NCBI RefSeq assembly: GCF_006345805.1
Contig: NC_043014.1
Coordinates: forward strand, 52,576,001-52,640,000
DNA length: 64,000 bases
Direction: 5' to 3'
DNA from: Octopus sinensis
Lineage: Eukaryota
Part shown: positions 26,820-40,896 of the stretch, piece by piece
Layout of the letters: every line of letters starts with the position of its first letter
Position numbering within the stretch: the stretch's first letter is position 1
Position numbers and translations under genes: made by a program
Notes under the pieces: model-generated
What the model saw: the letters and a program-made list of their open reading frames with translations, nothing else
Databases searched by the model: none
Told to the model about the DNA's origin: nothing

Positions 26820-27350
26820 AGAACCGACATTGTTAGCCATGATATAGATGTAGGTGATGCTGTGCCTGGTAAACAACTTCCGCATCGGATGAATCCTATG
26901 AAAAGTAAAACTCTGCGGAAAGAGGTGAAACATATGCTTGACAATGATATTATTGAACCCAGTGAGTTCGTGGAGTTCGCCTTGTGTACTTGTGCTGAAG
27001 AATGGTGAAGGTGGTTGGCGCTGCTGTGCCGACATAAAAGACCTCAATGCGCTCTCAAAAAATGATTCTTACCAAATTCTGAGAATGAGCGATTGCATTG
27101 ACCACGTTGGTCAAGCTCAATATTCAAGGGCTTCTGGCAGATTCCACTCACAGACCGCGCGAAGAAAATATCTGCTTTTGCTACACCAGTTGGACTATAT
27201 CAATACAAAGTGATGGCCATGGTCTGAAGAACGCGCTAGCAAAAGATTCCAGAGACTCGTCAACAACGTCACATCCGGTCTTGACGGTGTTGAAGCCTAC
27301 ATGGATGATGTCATTACTTACTCCATGGAATGGGAAGAGCGTCTGAAGAG
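26820..27350 (+). mobile_element. Ty3/gypsy reverse transcriptase fragment
   Basis: MLDNDIIEP.SSWSSPCVLVLK..WRCCADIKDLN, GFWQIPL, SAFATP.GLYQY and AYMDDV, with frameshifts. Confidence 0.9.
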
Positions 27351-27393
27351 AATTTGGTTTAATTTATGTTTTTGTTATAATTGGAAGATTCTG

Positions 27394-27863
<470 letters not shown>

Positions 27864-28420
27864 TTTATCAAAGTTATTCAAAAAAATATATTGGAGTGTA
27901 TATTTTTTGTGAAACTAGGGCGGTTTTTATAGGTGACTTTTTTGTCAAATTGCGCCGAAAGACTAATTTTACGGGTGGTTTACCATCCATTCGGCATATT
28001 TTTATGGCTGGTTGGCTTCAAGCTGCTAGTTTTGTGGCAGTTGATCACATTATGCTTTTGTTCATGTAATATTTTAGCATTTCTCCTTCTGTCTTCGTCT
28101 TTCTATCTCCGTGTATGAGTTGTGTGTGTGTGTGTGTGTGTGTGTCTTTGTACATGTGCGTGTGTCTCTATGTGTGCGCATGCGCGCATATGTGTTTAGC
28201 TTTCTAAAAACCTTGCATTTGTTATGAGCTAATGGCAGCACCGTCCCAGATGTTGAAGTGGTCAAGTGGTATTCCACTGTGGAATTCATGCGATATTTCT
28301 ACAGACTTAGTAGTTGTGCGTAGCAGATGTTGGGGCGGCATTCAATGAGTGAGACACGTTTCTTTTTATTATTATTTTTTAACCCTAACTTTCTATCTTC
28401 TTTTCTTCTTTTTTACACAG

Positions 28421-28529
28421 TGGAGGGTCTGAAGGTTGTGGAAATTGAAAAATGTCAGCAGGATATTAAAGATATCAAGAATGAAATGTTTTCTTCTGAG
28501 AAGAAAGTCATTGATTACACTAGAATGAG
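28421..28529 (+). CDS. PDE9A: PDE9A-like exon (MEGLKVVEIEKCQQDIKDIKNEMFSSEKKVIDYTRM)
   Basis: ttttacacag acceptor, gtaagt donor, 109 bp. EGLKVVEIEKC is identical to PDE9A. Confidence 0.95.
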
Positions 28530-28578
28530 GTAAGTCATGTGTGTATGTGTTGTATATATATATATATATATATATATA

Positions 28579-31490
28579 CTAGCAGAGATACCCGGCGTTG
28601 CCCGGTTACATTCAATTGAAGAATTAGACTTTTCTGTTATATATATATGGATACACACACACACATATATGTATATTAATATAAATACATGAAAGTACAT
28701 GAAGTTTGTTAAAAAAATGGGATCATGAATATACCGCCTGGCTGTTGAGATTATAACACCTCGTTGTAAACAATGTTCCTGATGGAGTAAGAGGAATTCT
28801 TGGAATAAAGGCGTCATCACCTTTTCCACATCCAGAAAGAATGATCGCCTCGATAACGTGTGACATCATTTTCTTTATCACCAGTCGTGTTCCATCGCAA
28901 AGTCTTGGTGGTTCCAGATTGCGGAGTAGCATTACAGGAGTTCCAACTTTAAGTGCTAATATGTGTGGGGGTAGTCCAGGAGACTCCAGTGAATTGAGGA
29001 ATTCAGGAGGAGAGTTCACAACTTCATTTATATCTGAAATTGTATCAACAGACTTGTAAGTGTGTATAGTGCCGGGAAGAGAATGCATTAGCTGTTGATT
29101 AATTTTGTTAACAGCGACGTTTTTTGGAGCTAATATTGCTCTTTCACACAGCCAATTGTGATTTTGGTAGTTTTGTGTGAAGTTGTGTGAAGAGGTCATC
29201 TACAGAATTAACAACAGAGGAAAATGACCACACTTCCATTTGTCCTGCAGCATCGAGAGGCATCTTGCCTTCACCAAGTGTCAAAATGTCCTGTGCAAAC
29301 TTTGTGGACATTTTGTCGCCGTGTAGCTGAGCTCTCATGTTAGTGGTGAGACTGAGGATTGTAACATGATGCCACAGGGTAGAAGACTTTAGGCATGCTT
29401 GGACTTCATCTGCTCTAGTGCCTTTCAGAATGACAGGAAGAGTTAACCTGAAATCACCTGACAACAGAAGCGTTACACCTCCCATTGGAGCCTGACAGTC
29501 TCGGATGTCTTTCAGGGCTCTATCTAATGCTTCCAAAGCTCCCTTGTGAGCCATAGTGCACTCATCCCAGACAATCACATAACACATTTTAAGTACTTGT
29601 CCCTGATCTGAGCATTTGTTGATGTTGCATGAAGGCATTTCGGATGCTGCTAAATTGAGAGGGAGTTTAAAAGTTGAGTGTGCTGTTCTGCCACCGGGTA
29701 ACAAAGTAGCTGCAATGCCAGAGGAGGCTATAGCTACTGCAATGTCCTGATGCTGCGTAACTTCTGCAAGGAGAAGCTTTGTAATAAATGTTTTTCCTGT
29801 CCCTCCAGGAGCATCGAGGAAGAAGATTCGTCCCTCGCGTTGGCGTACACTGTTAAGAATAGTTCTGTAGGCCTGCAGATGGTCCGGAAGTAATTTAGGC
29901 TCATTTTCAACAATGCACTTTGAAAGCGCTTGAGTGTGGTGGGTTGTTTCACGAATGACAGCAGTGGGAAGGCTATTTGACCCTGACCTGAATGCTTGTG
30001 GCAGGCCATACGTCGACAATTCATTTCCACCCAGTTTAGCAATTCTGTTTTCAATGTCAATGAGTGTTTTGTTATAGATTTCATTGCTGATACCCTCCAT
30101 GTCAGGATAGAGCAGTTGAGCCTGGCGCTGAAAGTCTTCAGCCAGGTTGTCTCTATATTTGAGCCATAGAGTGGCCGGATCACACAGTTCGCATGCCTGT
30201 AGTAATACTGCAAATAGTACCCTGAGACTTTTAGATTATTGTGATAAAGCAGTCTCCTCTAAAGTTGCATCCCATTGTGTACCATCTTCTAACGGACCTT
30301 GTCGTTAGCAGGCTTCTCTGTATGGTGAGCAGACATGTCCATGAACGGTTTTTAGGGCCTGGAAAGACGTTGGCCCTCTGACCTCATACAGTAGTAGACG
30401 AAGGTCGAAGCACTCTTGTTGAGTGAGATGCGCTGAGTATACTCGCCCAAGGCAAGTGTGAAACTTAATGCCAGGGTATCCATGAACATTTTGACCTGCT
30501 TTCCGTGGGGCCCATTTGTTTTCCATTCCAAGTGTAGTACGATGGAATCTATGGATACAGCAAGGTTTGAGTGAATGGATCCACTTGACAAAGCTTGAAG
30601 AATGCAGTGAGTGTGCTATTCCTTAGTTCCTCTGCCAACAGAGAAGCATTAGCATCGGTGAAGTACACTCTTTGATCATTTTCCAGGTGCACTGCAAGCT
30701 GTTGAATGGCGGGGTGTCGTTGGTGAATTGGAAAGCCAAAGATGCGCCAGAAAGCCTCGTTGCTACTTATGTACCGTCCCACCTGATAATGCGTCACCTC
30801 ATCCTGGCAGTATTCTTGTTGAAGTCCAAACATTGCAGCGTCAGAACCCTTGTTTACATATTTGCAAACGTACTTGATGGATTTAACGGAGTTGCAAAAC
30901 TAAACGTTGATGTGGGCATTGAAAGTCTTTGACAGGAGTGGGCAGTATGGAACAATCCATCTATTATCAATGTCGTGCTGTCCGATAGCTGCTGTGAAAC
31001 CTCCGTCTTCTGGTTTTCTGCGTCTGTATGATGGATACCCATCAGCACCTGTCTGAGTTTCTTGTAGGAACCTCCTTGGAAATCTTTTTGAACATATGCT
31101 GTCCTTCAAGCATGGTATGTTTATGTTGAATCCACACCCACATGGACCATGTACCATGTTTGCTGTAACTATTTCGTATAGTTCTTTGTCTAAAGCTGGA
31201 TCAGGAAGCTCTGCAGAGATTATGTTGTCGATGTCATTGGAATCGATCTTCGCTGAGAGCCAAAGCAGGATATGAGCATGTGGAAGGCCCCTTTTTTGCC
31301 ATTCGATTGTGTACATGTCACATTGTATGGGCCCAAAGACTTGCCCTTTTTGTATGAGCTCCATGAGAGAGATTAACTTCAGATGGAAAACTCGGGCGTT
31401 GAGATTCCGGTTCGAATGTAAGGCAGGTTTGAAAGTGTTCCCAACAGTTATTAGTTGTAGTGGTAGAGTGTTTATGCCGAATATATACGT
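28579..31490 (-). mobile_element. Helitron (Rep-PIF1 helicase), 5'-truncated and internally deleted
   Basis: Rep motifs RVFHLKL, IEWQKRGLPHAHILLW and WIVPY..LSKTFNAHINV. Helicase motifs LDAPGGTGKTF, WDECTM, GDFR, LTTNMR and LKVG.PVMLLRNL. 3' hairpin accgggcaacgccgggt plus CTAG|T at 28579-28582. Confidence 0.96.
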
Positions 31491-31496
31491 ATGCAA

Positions 31497-31590
<94 letters not shown>

Positions 31591-31599
31591 GTCTGTATA

Positions 31600-31740
31600 T
31601 ATGTACAAAATCCACTGAGAAGGCTTTTGTTGGTCTGAGGCTTCAACAGAAGACACATGCCAAGTCACCACACAGTGGGACTGAACCCAGGACCATGAGT
31701 TTGGAACATAGTTTGTTACCACACAGCCACACCTGCCCCT
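31600..31740 (-). mobile_element. SINE family A head, diverged
   Basis: aaatccact..aggctt..agaagacac..gggactgaaccc..accacacagccac. Confidence 0.75.
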
Positions 31741-32489
31741 ATGTGTGTGTGTGTGTATGGGTAAATATATTATGCATGTATATATGTGTATATATATGTG
31801 TACATATTACATGTACATCTATATATATACATCTACACATAAAATACAAAATACAAAGTTATATTTTGATATCGCTAGTGATAACAATACTCAAAATATA
31901 TAACAGACTGGAATTGTAGACCCGTCTCTTGCAATTTCGATCAATTGGATCTTGTCCTCCCTCTTGTATAGAAATGTACGGCTGCAGCGAAATTCATTTT
32001 TGGACTTTCTTCTATCGAAGGCATTTTAACAAAAATGCTTCCGTAAAGACGGTGAAAATATTGTCAATTTCCCCAAACAGGGACACGATTCAATTTTTAA
32101 ACAATAACCAAAGCCCCTTCTCCGAAAGGAGGAGGGTTACGGTTTACAATTATTTAACAAATGCAACACAGCAACGTTTCCCTGACGAGGAAGCAACAAA
32201 CGTGATTACAATAGTCAAACAGTAATAATAATAACAACAAACCTTTTTAATTTATCACCATTTATGTGAAACCATTTATTCAAGTTCAAGTCATTGATGC
32301 AATTTTATACGAATTGCTAATACACACACATAATAAGGGTGAAAAATTGAATATTAATTTGATTAATATGAATTGAAAACCAGTGGTGTAGCATATAAGA
32401 CCATAGCGGATCTTCTTCTAGCAAAAAGGATGACCACTATTAATGGTTCATCCCTGTTATATAATACTTTCATTTTAATAGCTTCAGTA

Positions 32490-32752
32490 TTAAAATGAAA
32501 GTGTCTGCATTACAATAGAGAGATGTTTTTGTTTCACTTTTAACACGTAATACTGAAATAGTGGAGAAGATATGATATTGCTGTGGGGTCGCTCTAGGGA
32601 AAAAGTTAAGATTTTTTGCTGATGACACTCCCCGGACCTTAAGTAAGGCATGTGTAAAATTTGAATGAAATTGGTTGTGTAGTTCTCAATTTTTAGGGAA
32701 ACACACAGACATACAGACAGACACACACACATTCTCAGTTTTATGTATATGT
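32490..32752 (-). mobile_element. Probable 5' end of a non-autonomous Helitron-like element
   Basis: Minus strand starts (ta)cataaaactgagaatgtgtg(tctg)n...accaatttcattcaaattttac, the same architecture as 60546. No 3' end was identified. Confidence 0.45.
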
Positions 32753-32890
32753 GTGCGTGCGTGTGTGTGTGTGTGTGTGTGTATGTGTTAAGTGTCCCAC
32801 CGGTGAGGGAACGCTGCTAGATGTGTCGAAACAATCGTCGTGGTTTAATAAGAATTTTCGTATATTCCATCCTTCGTCTTTCATTTATTT

Positions 32891-32932
<42 letters not shown>

Positions 32933-33479
32933 TAGTTATCGCCATACTAATATGGCAATCTTATAAATATAAGACTAAATATTAATTTCCAGTAACGCTG
33001 CCGTAATCTCCTTTAGAGAGACTTAGTAATTTTAATATTTCTATTATATATATATACATACATACATGTGTGTGTATGTATGTGTGCATGCTTGTGCGTA
33101 TGCGTATCAATATGTATATGGGCTTGTCCACTACACTGTTTGTATTTGTGCCCTTTATGTACAATAGTTTTTTGTTATTTTTTGTTTTTGTTTATTTATA
33201 TCAATTTCTTATATTTTATCATAGATATGCGCATGTTTGTTTTGTGTGTGTGTGTGTGTGTGTGTGTGTATTACACTATTTGTATTTGTCTCTCCCCCCC
33301 ACGCCACCTTCTGTCTTTAGTCGTTGTGTTGCGCAGTGTGGTGGTGGGGGTGTTATTGTTCCATTCGTGTTTTCTATTGCAGTTCGATTAGTTTTATTGT
33401 TATGTGTGTGATCTCTGTAATATGTCCAAATATCGTATTTGTTCTATACGTTGATAATAGTTAACCTCTATGTTATTAA

Positions 33480-34620
33480 TCGAGTCTCTATGTTCTACTT
33501 GAGCAAATTGGTAGAGCACTGATGAGCTTTTCTCCTCTTTGACCTCTCACCAGTGTCCGCCTATTTGCTCCTCTATGTTGCGTGCCGTCCTTCAGTACAT
33601 TGCATGTTCTGCACCGTCCTTCAGTACATCGCATGCTATAGGTTACACTTCTAATCTTACAGTTGACCTGTGGGTTCATCCTACAGACTATACAATTGCC
33701 CTCCGTATATGGAGACCTATCGAAAGGATAAGTTCTACAGATCAAGGATTTTATGGAGGTTCCAAGTTTTTCAACTGCTTTAATCCGTAAATGTACCTTA
33801 TCTAATACTTCCCTAAAAAGGTATTCTAGTGTGTCCTCAGAGTTAGCATCAACGAACATGACACTGGTATATTTTGTTGTCATACCATGAGTGGGCATTA
33901 TCTATCTTTTTCCTGGTCCTTTCTGTGCTTTTTCAGTATTTGCTCCACTATAACGGACAGATCCCATTTGCATCACTCTCAGTGGTGGCCTTCTACTTAG
34001 CCTTAGACCTTATGTACACTCTAATCCTGATCCTTTGGTTGTAGCCAGAGAACTGCACACAGTGGATGAAGTGTTGCATATGTCTTTCTAATCCCACTGG
34101 GTCGCACATGCGGAGCACATTCCTCATCACAATTACCAAGTCCGCAATTACGATATTGAAATTGGCGTTGTCTGCAATAGCTGCGTTCTTGTGGACCAGG
34201 TATTTAGAGGCCATAGCAATGAAGGATCTGGACCTTACTATTCTAAGCTTCTAACGAGAGTTCTGTGTCTAAAACTGGTAGCCCATAGTTCGAGCGCTTG
34301 CTAAGGCAGTCTATTGTTACTTTAATACTCTGGTGGATGGAGTTAACTATTTGTTGGATGCTCTCCATAATCCTAGCTTCTAGTTCATAGACATAGTCTT
34401 GTGGCTTTGGCCTCTTGGTTGACATCATCCACACGGCGGAAATACATGATTAGGGTTATGGGGATCTTTGCTAATCTCTCCTTAAGTCTCCTATCCCATC
34501 GAACCATAAATATGTTAGCCACATCGCCAGATACTGACACCGATGGCTGCACCTTCCTCTTGGGCGTATATCTTATCAAACTTGAATATGTGGCCTTTAT
34601 ACTTGCACCCGCCGCATGTG
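33480..34620 (-). mobile_element. Penelope-like element, 5'-truncated RT plus Cys-rich linker and GIY-YIG, degenerate
   Basis: VSGDVANIFMVRWD..MYFRRVDDV (RT), LPVLD, VMFVD, IKAVEKLGTSIK..YPF and CIVC..NCKIRSVTYSMRC. Confidence 0.88.
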
Positions 34621-34985
34621 TGGCCATTTTTTAGTCGAACAAATCGACCCCATGACTTATTGTTTCTAAGCCTAGTACTTATTCTATTGCTCTCTTTTTG
34701 CCGAACCGCTAGATAACGTTGATGTAAACACGACGATATTGGTTGTTAAGCGACGGTGGTGGAGACAAACACAGACACAAATAACAAATAACATATGTAT
34801 GTGTGTGTGTGTGTGTGTGTACGACAGGCTTCTTTCAGTTTCTGTTTACCAAATCCACCCTCAAGGGTTTGATCGGCCCCGTGCTATGGTGGAATACACT
34901 TACTCTAGGTGTCGCGCAGTGGGACTGAACCTGCAGCCAAGTGGATGAGAAGGAAGCTTCTTAGCACACAGCCACTGCTGCGCCT
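34620..34985 (-). mobile_element. SINE family A
   Basis: Collinear with 27394-27863; internal (TG)n tract. Confidence 0.88.
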
Positions 34986-35427
34986 ATATCTATTACGATG
35001 TATTATCAACGAATCCTTCCGAACGCATCTTCATTCTTTTTCTGCGATATACTCTGTGATTAATATACCAAATTTATTCGGTATTCGAAACTCGGATTTA
35101 CAAATTGGGACACAGGAAGCGAATTACAGCCCATATGGATTACTTGCTCTTAACTGGACAATTTAGTTAGCAGGGTTTGATTTGTGCTAGGCACTTAAAG
35201 AAATACCATTCGCCTGGATTTATTTAATCCGTATTTTCCTGCATGATATATATATTCTAATATGTTGCAATTTGTTTCTTGCTTTGTTCTTTATTAAAGT
35301 ACACACGCGCACGCGCGCGTGCACACACTCACACATACACGCACACAAAGATACACACACTAAATTTATATCTTTCATCACACAACAATCAATGGTGCAT
35401 GCATATTGTAAACTTCTTTTCTCATAG

Positions 35428-35524
35428 GCCGGTTCTATTTCTAAATGCTGTCGATACTCTTTATAGTTCCTTAAGCGATGAGAAAAAAATCAGCCTGAAG
35501 CGAAATATACCAACTTATCCAAAG
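35428..35524 (+). CDS. PDE9A: PDE9A-like exon (RPVLFLNAVDTLYSSLSDEKKISLKRNIPTYPK)
   Basis: ttctcatag acceptor, gtaagt donor, 97 bp. YSSLSDEKKISLKRNIPTYPK aligns without gaps to YSFLDNHKKLTPRRDVPTYPK. Confidence 0.88.
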
Positions 35525-36089
35525 GTAAGTGCTTCTACGTTGAAACTTCAAACGAACATAGATTTCTAAGGAGTAAAATCATATTTAAAGGAAATGTAAA
35601 TGTTACTTCAATTATTAGTCTTTTCCGCACGGTTCTACGTGCTGACATTGTTTTTAATTTGAACAGCTTAATAGTCTAATAAGGCGAAGAACTGCTAGAA
35701 TCTTTAGCACATCGGACAAAATACTTAGCAGTATTTCTTCGCCCTGGTCAAATTTGCCTTTCATCCCTTCGGAGTCGATAGAATCTACTTGTATATATAA
35801 TGTTCCCTTGAAAATAACTGGCCTTGAACCCTGCAACGGGCCGGTGTCCCGTTGCAGGGGAAATGTTTTGATTTCGGGCGTTTATATGCCATGGAAACAG
35901 TGTAACCGGCCTATACCCACATCTTCAAGTACTTTTCTGGTGGGCTGCGGTTCATAATGGCTATGGACAACAGTTCGGCATACTTAAGTCCGGCGACGTT
36001 CTTCGTGGCCTAGTAGTGTATTTACATTCAAATCTCGTATAAAGAACCCCCGGGGCAGCTTGTGCGGCGTATTGTCTTTCCATGTACGA

Positions 36090-36125
<36 letters not shown>

Positions 36126-36402
36126 GTGCGTGTGTGTGTATGTGTGTGTGAGTGTGTGTGTGTGTGTGTGCGCGCGCGCGCGTGTGTATTAAAGTCCAAA
36201 CAAAGTTAATTGAACTATGAGAGATTACCCCACGCAGATATCTGACGTAGTGAATGATGTGTGCCAAAAGTTCTTAATGAAATTAAATGTCCTTTTCTAT
36301 TAGTAAAAGAAAACAAAAACCTAACGACAATTGCCATTAATGACTCACAAAGAAAAGGAAAGATAATTTCTTTGTTTTTCTTTCTCCCTTCTCCCCTTTT
36401 TC

Positions 36403-36449
<47 letters not shown>

Positions 36450-36619
36450 TATGGGGGTTTAGTTCAAGGTGATCTAAACGATTAGATTTCTTTCCATCTC
36501 CTTATTCTTTTACTCCCTTCCTCTGTGTTCCATCATTTCAACTTATCCGCAATCTCAGAATCTTTCAAGTGGCCGACAGTCAACCTCTTTGGAGGAGTAA
36601 TACCTTACTTTTGGCTTTA

Positions 36620-37400
36620 GCATAGACTTAATCTTTTCTCTGACGAGCCTATGGCCAGCTCAGCACTCATCAGCACGCAACGAACGAATGATCGATGCAC
36701 ATATCATGAACATCATGCCTATGGCTGGTAGAATAAGATGCCACTGCTTTGAACCAAAGTGCATCCATATAGTCTCAAATCTTTTGAAGCAAAAGTACCC
36801 GTTACCGTTACACATGCCATGTTTTCTTATGATGTTCCGTACCTTAAAATCCCTTTCTGTTCTTGCATTAGAATCACGAAGAATGATAGTTTTGTTAGCT
36901 TTAAGAATTTTCGGGACAAATTCTTTCAGAGACGTGTTGAAGAAAGCTTTTTCAGCTTCAGACGAACACAGTTGAAGCAAACACACCAACAAGTATTACA
37001 TAGCAGTCATCGATCAACAGAAGTTTCTATAGGGAAGGTTTTCCAGACCTGATGAGACTTTGGATGTTTTCACCACCAAAGTTACATCATATACTCTTAT
37101 ACTCCTCGCCTTTACCACTCAAATAAAACGTATAGCCACTAACATGTTCCGTAAAACGACCTTCATTCGCAAGCCTTGTGTCTGAGAGCGCAGCAACGTC
37201 CGAGTTGTAGGGCTGCAACTGCTTTGCTACAAATGTAGAGCTTCTTTCAGGATGTGCTATTGATTCATTATCTAGAAACATTTTCTCGCAGCCACAAGAT
37301 GACGACCGAACCTAGACTGCGGTGCCTTTGGAAACATGCTGGGCCAGAGACTTTAACAATTTGTTCCAGAGCCTCTCTTGCCATTGATACAGCACCATTG
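36620..37400 (-). mobile_element. RTE LINE apurinic endonuclease fragment
   Basis: YNSDVAALSDTRLANEG..SGYTFYLSGK and IILRDSNAR..IRKHGMCNGNG. Confidence 0.8.
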
Positions 37401-37510
37401 TTATTATTGTCATTCGCCTTCATTGAATATGATTAACCTTTTTAGACTACGACCAACCTTTCAAATGAAGACAAAAATACATAATTGTTGTCTACATTTA
37501 TTATTTCCAG

Positions 37511-37585
37511 TATACATTGTCACAAGAGACCGTTGATTATCTGAAACAGCCAACATTTGACATTTGGTATTGGGAACCGAACGAG
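37511..37585 (+). CDS. PDE9A: PDE9A-like exon (YTLSQETVDYLKQPTFDIWYWEPNE)
   Basis: tttccag acceptor, gtaagt donor, 75 bp. Strong match to the start of the PDE9A catalytic domain. Confidence 0.96.
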
Positions 37586-38163
37586 GTAAGTAAGCTAAAT
37601 GCGAATTACTGCTTCTCTGTGTTTTATTACATTTTTTTAAAATATTTTTTTCTTTTTTGTGTTCCTTCTTCCCGAGTAGCATCGTCAATCGTTAAAAACC
37701 ACATCTTCAAATACGCAAAAACACACTCGCGCATATGCACATGCATACGCACATGCACGCATACACACACATACAGTTGTACATGTACACTAATACATAC
37801 ACACACATAAATATGTACACGTAAAAATAGATGCACACAAATACACAAGGTGTGTGTACATGTGCAGATAACGTATTTGTGTGTTTATGTGTGTGTGTGT
37901 AGTATTTTTATTTGATTCATTCACTGGAGTGTGGTCAAGCGGAGTACCACCTAGAAGAGTTGTGTCTGTCAAATCTACTCCAGGACTTTTTTCAAGTTTG
38001 ATACATCATACGTGAGTATGTGTATATGTATTACTAATAATATCAAGGAAATGTGTGATAATTGAGCTAGACGGCTTGACGGCTTATGTAATAACAACAA
38101 CCCCTGTACTGAAACACGTGTATGTTATATAATAAGACTAACAAAAATAACAATTAAATTTCA

Positions 38164-38199
<36 letters not shown>

Positions 38200-38607
38200 T
38201 GTATGTATGTATATATATATATAGGTTTTTTATTCTTTTTTCTAAAAATCCCCTTGTAAACACGGTTCTAGAGCGTGCATACCAATGTAAACATTGGCTA
38301 AAACACACCTTTAGTTCATATAAGTAATTTCTATCATTATATATAATTTAAACATTAATTTTCTTTTTACATTTCACATGCACTAGATATACATTTTTCC
38401 TAATCTATAAGGTTTTATTTAATATACATATAGTCATATACTTCTCATTTAGTTTTTCTTTACTTTATCCCTCCTCCTTCTATAGGCTACCTCTGACGTC
38501 ATATCCTATAACGTTTTTTTGAAACAATATTAATAGCGTTCAGTTAATCACTATACATATTCATCATTTTCTTTTAAAATGCCTTATTGACGAGTTTCAT
38601 TTCTTCT

Positions 38608-38694
38608 TTTCCCTGAAGAGAAGATTACATTGTTTTACACCATTTTATTCCTTTGGAATAATATCAGTGATATCTTCGAAACATGTGTCGGAAG
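38608..38694 (+). ncRNA. Minimal type I hammerhead ribozyme with intact core, sense to the PDE9 intron
   Basis: tttcc-CTGAAGA-gaagat..[loop]..atcttc-GAAA-c-atgt-g-TC-ggaag. Stem I 5 bp, stem II 6 bp with basal G-C, GUC cleavage triplet at 38687-38689. Confidence 0.75.
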
Positions 38695-38699
38695 TAAAA

Positions 38700-39290
<591 letters not shown>

Positions 39291-39307
39291 TAAAAAATGC
39301 TTTCCTT

Positions 39308-39357
<50 letters not shown>

Positions 39358-39957
39358 TCGCTCGATGCAGGGTGGGGATTAAAAATGTTCGTTGCTACTT
39401 AAATCCCAGCAATGGCCCACTGCATCATTATTCCATAAAATGTGTTTATGGGGAGAAAAATATTTTAAAATGTCAATGTATGCAACAAAAAAACGAGGAA
39501 GGTAACAGGTGGTCGCCGTTGAATCACACATCTTTCCGTCTCAAAATTATACACCGAAACAAATTGCAGATTCAGACACTGGATTTATGGTGTGGGCGGG
39601 GTTAATGTAAAAATTTTAAAATTTCATAACTGTCTTAAAATTACGCTTTATTTTGTGTTTGAAGATAAAGGAAGTGGATATTGAAATGGTGATCGCCGAT
39701 TTCCATTTCTTTTAACTTCCAAAGTGTCTTCCATCGTTTTTAAGCGCATAGTGCAAAAGAAAAAGAAAATGGCGAAAATTGGTACTGAGGGGGGGGGGGT
39801 GAAAAGTACGTAATTTTTCAAGACTTTTTTTTTTGTACTGCAAAGGCGTCTCCCATTGTTTTTAAGTGCGTAATGGAAAAAAAAACAATTGGACAAAATC
39901 GTTCTGGAAGGTATCTGAAAACATTCTTGTTCATTCTTTTTTTTTTTTTACCTTCAG

Positions 39958-40044
39958 ATGTTAAGCCTTCTCGAACATATGTACCACGAAATCGGTTTAG
40001 TTGACGAATTCAACATTAACTCTATCACATTGAAACGATGGCTG
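39958..40044 (+). CDS. PDE9A: PDE9A-like exon ([29 protein letters not shown])
   Basis: Long T tract plus ccttcag acceptor, gtaagt donor, 87 bp. Matches [29 protein letters not shown]. Not present in the ORF track. Confidence 0.96.
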
Positions 40045-40374
40045 GTAAGTAGCATTTTAAGTGATTTATTGAGTAATGTTCAGATATTCTCTCTTTCTAA
40101 CTAAGCACGTTGACATATCTAACTAGATGGTAAATAAATAAGGTGGGTTGTATGTGTGTGTGTGTGTGTGTGTGGAGACACAGCATGGCCAAATGTCAAA
40201 GAATTACATAGACATGAGCTCGATCCCATACCCTTACCCATATTCGGTTCACGATCGCAAAGTCGTGAGTTCGATTCTCGTCGACGCGTTTTGTCCTTCA
40301 GCAAGACACTTTATTTAACGTTGCTCCAGTCCACTCAGTTGGTAAAATTGAGTAATATATATATATATATATAT

Positions 40375-40896
<522 letters not shown>

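Noticed and set aside
31490-32752. Single Helitron extending from 28579 to 32752
   Set aside because: There is no Rep homology in 31870-32490, and a diverged SINE and (TA)n intervene. They are treated as separate elements, though continuity is not excluded.
35428-35466. Alternative frame AGSISKCCRYSL resembling PDE9A NCPCKYSF
   Set aside because: It ends in a stop and is phase-incompatible with the upstream exon. The other frame aligns without gaps through PTYPK, so this is probably coincidence.
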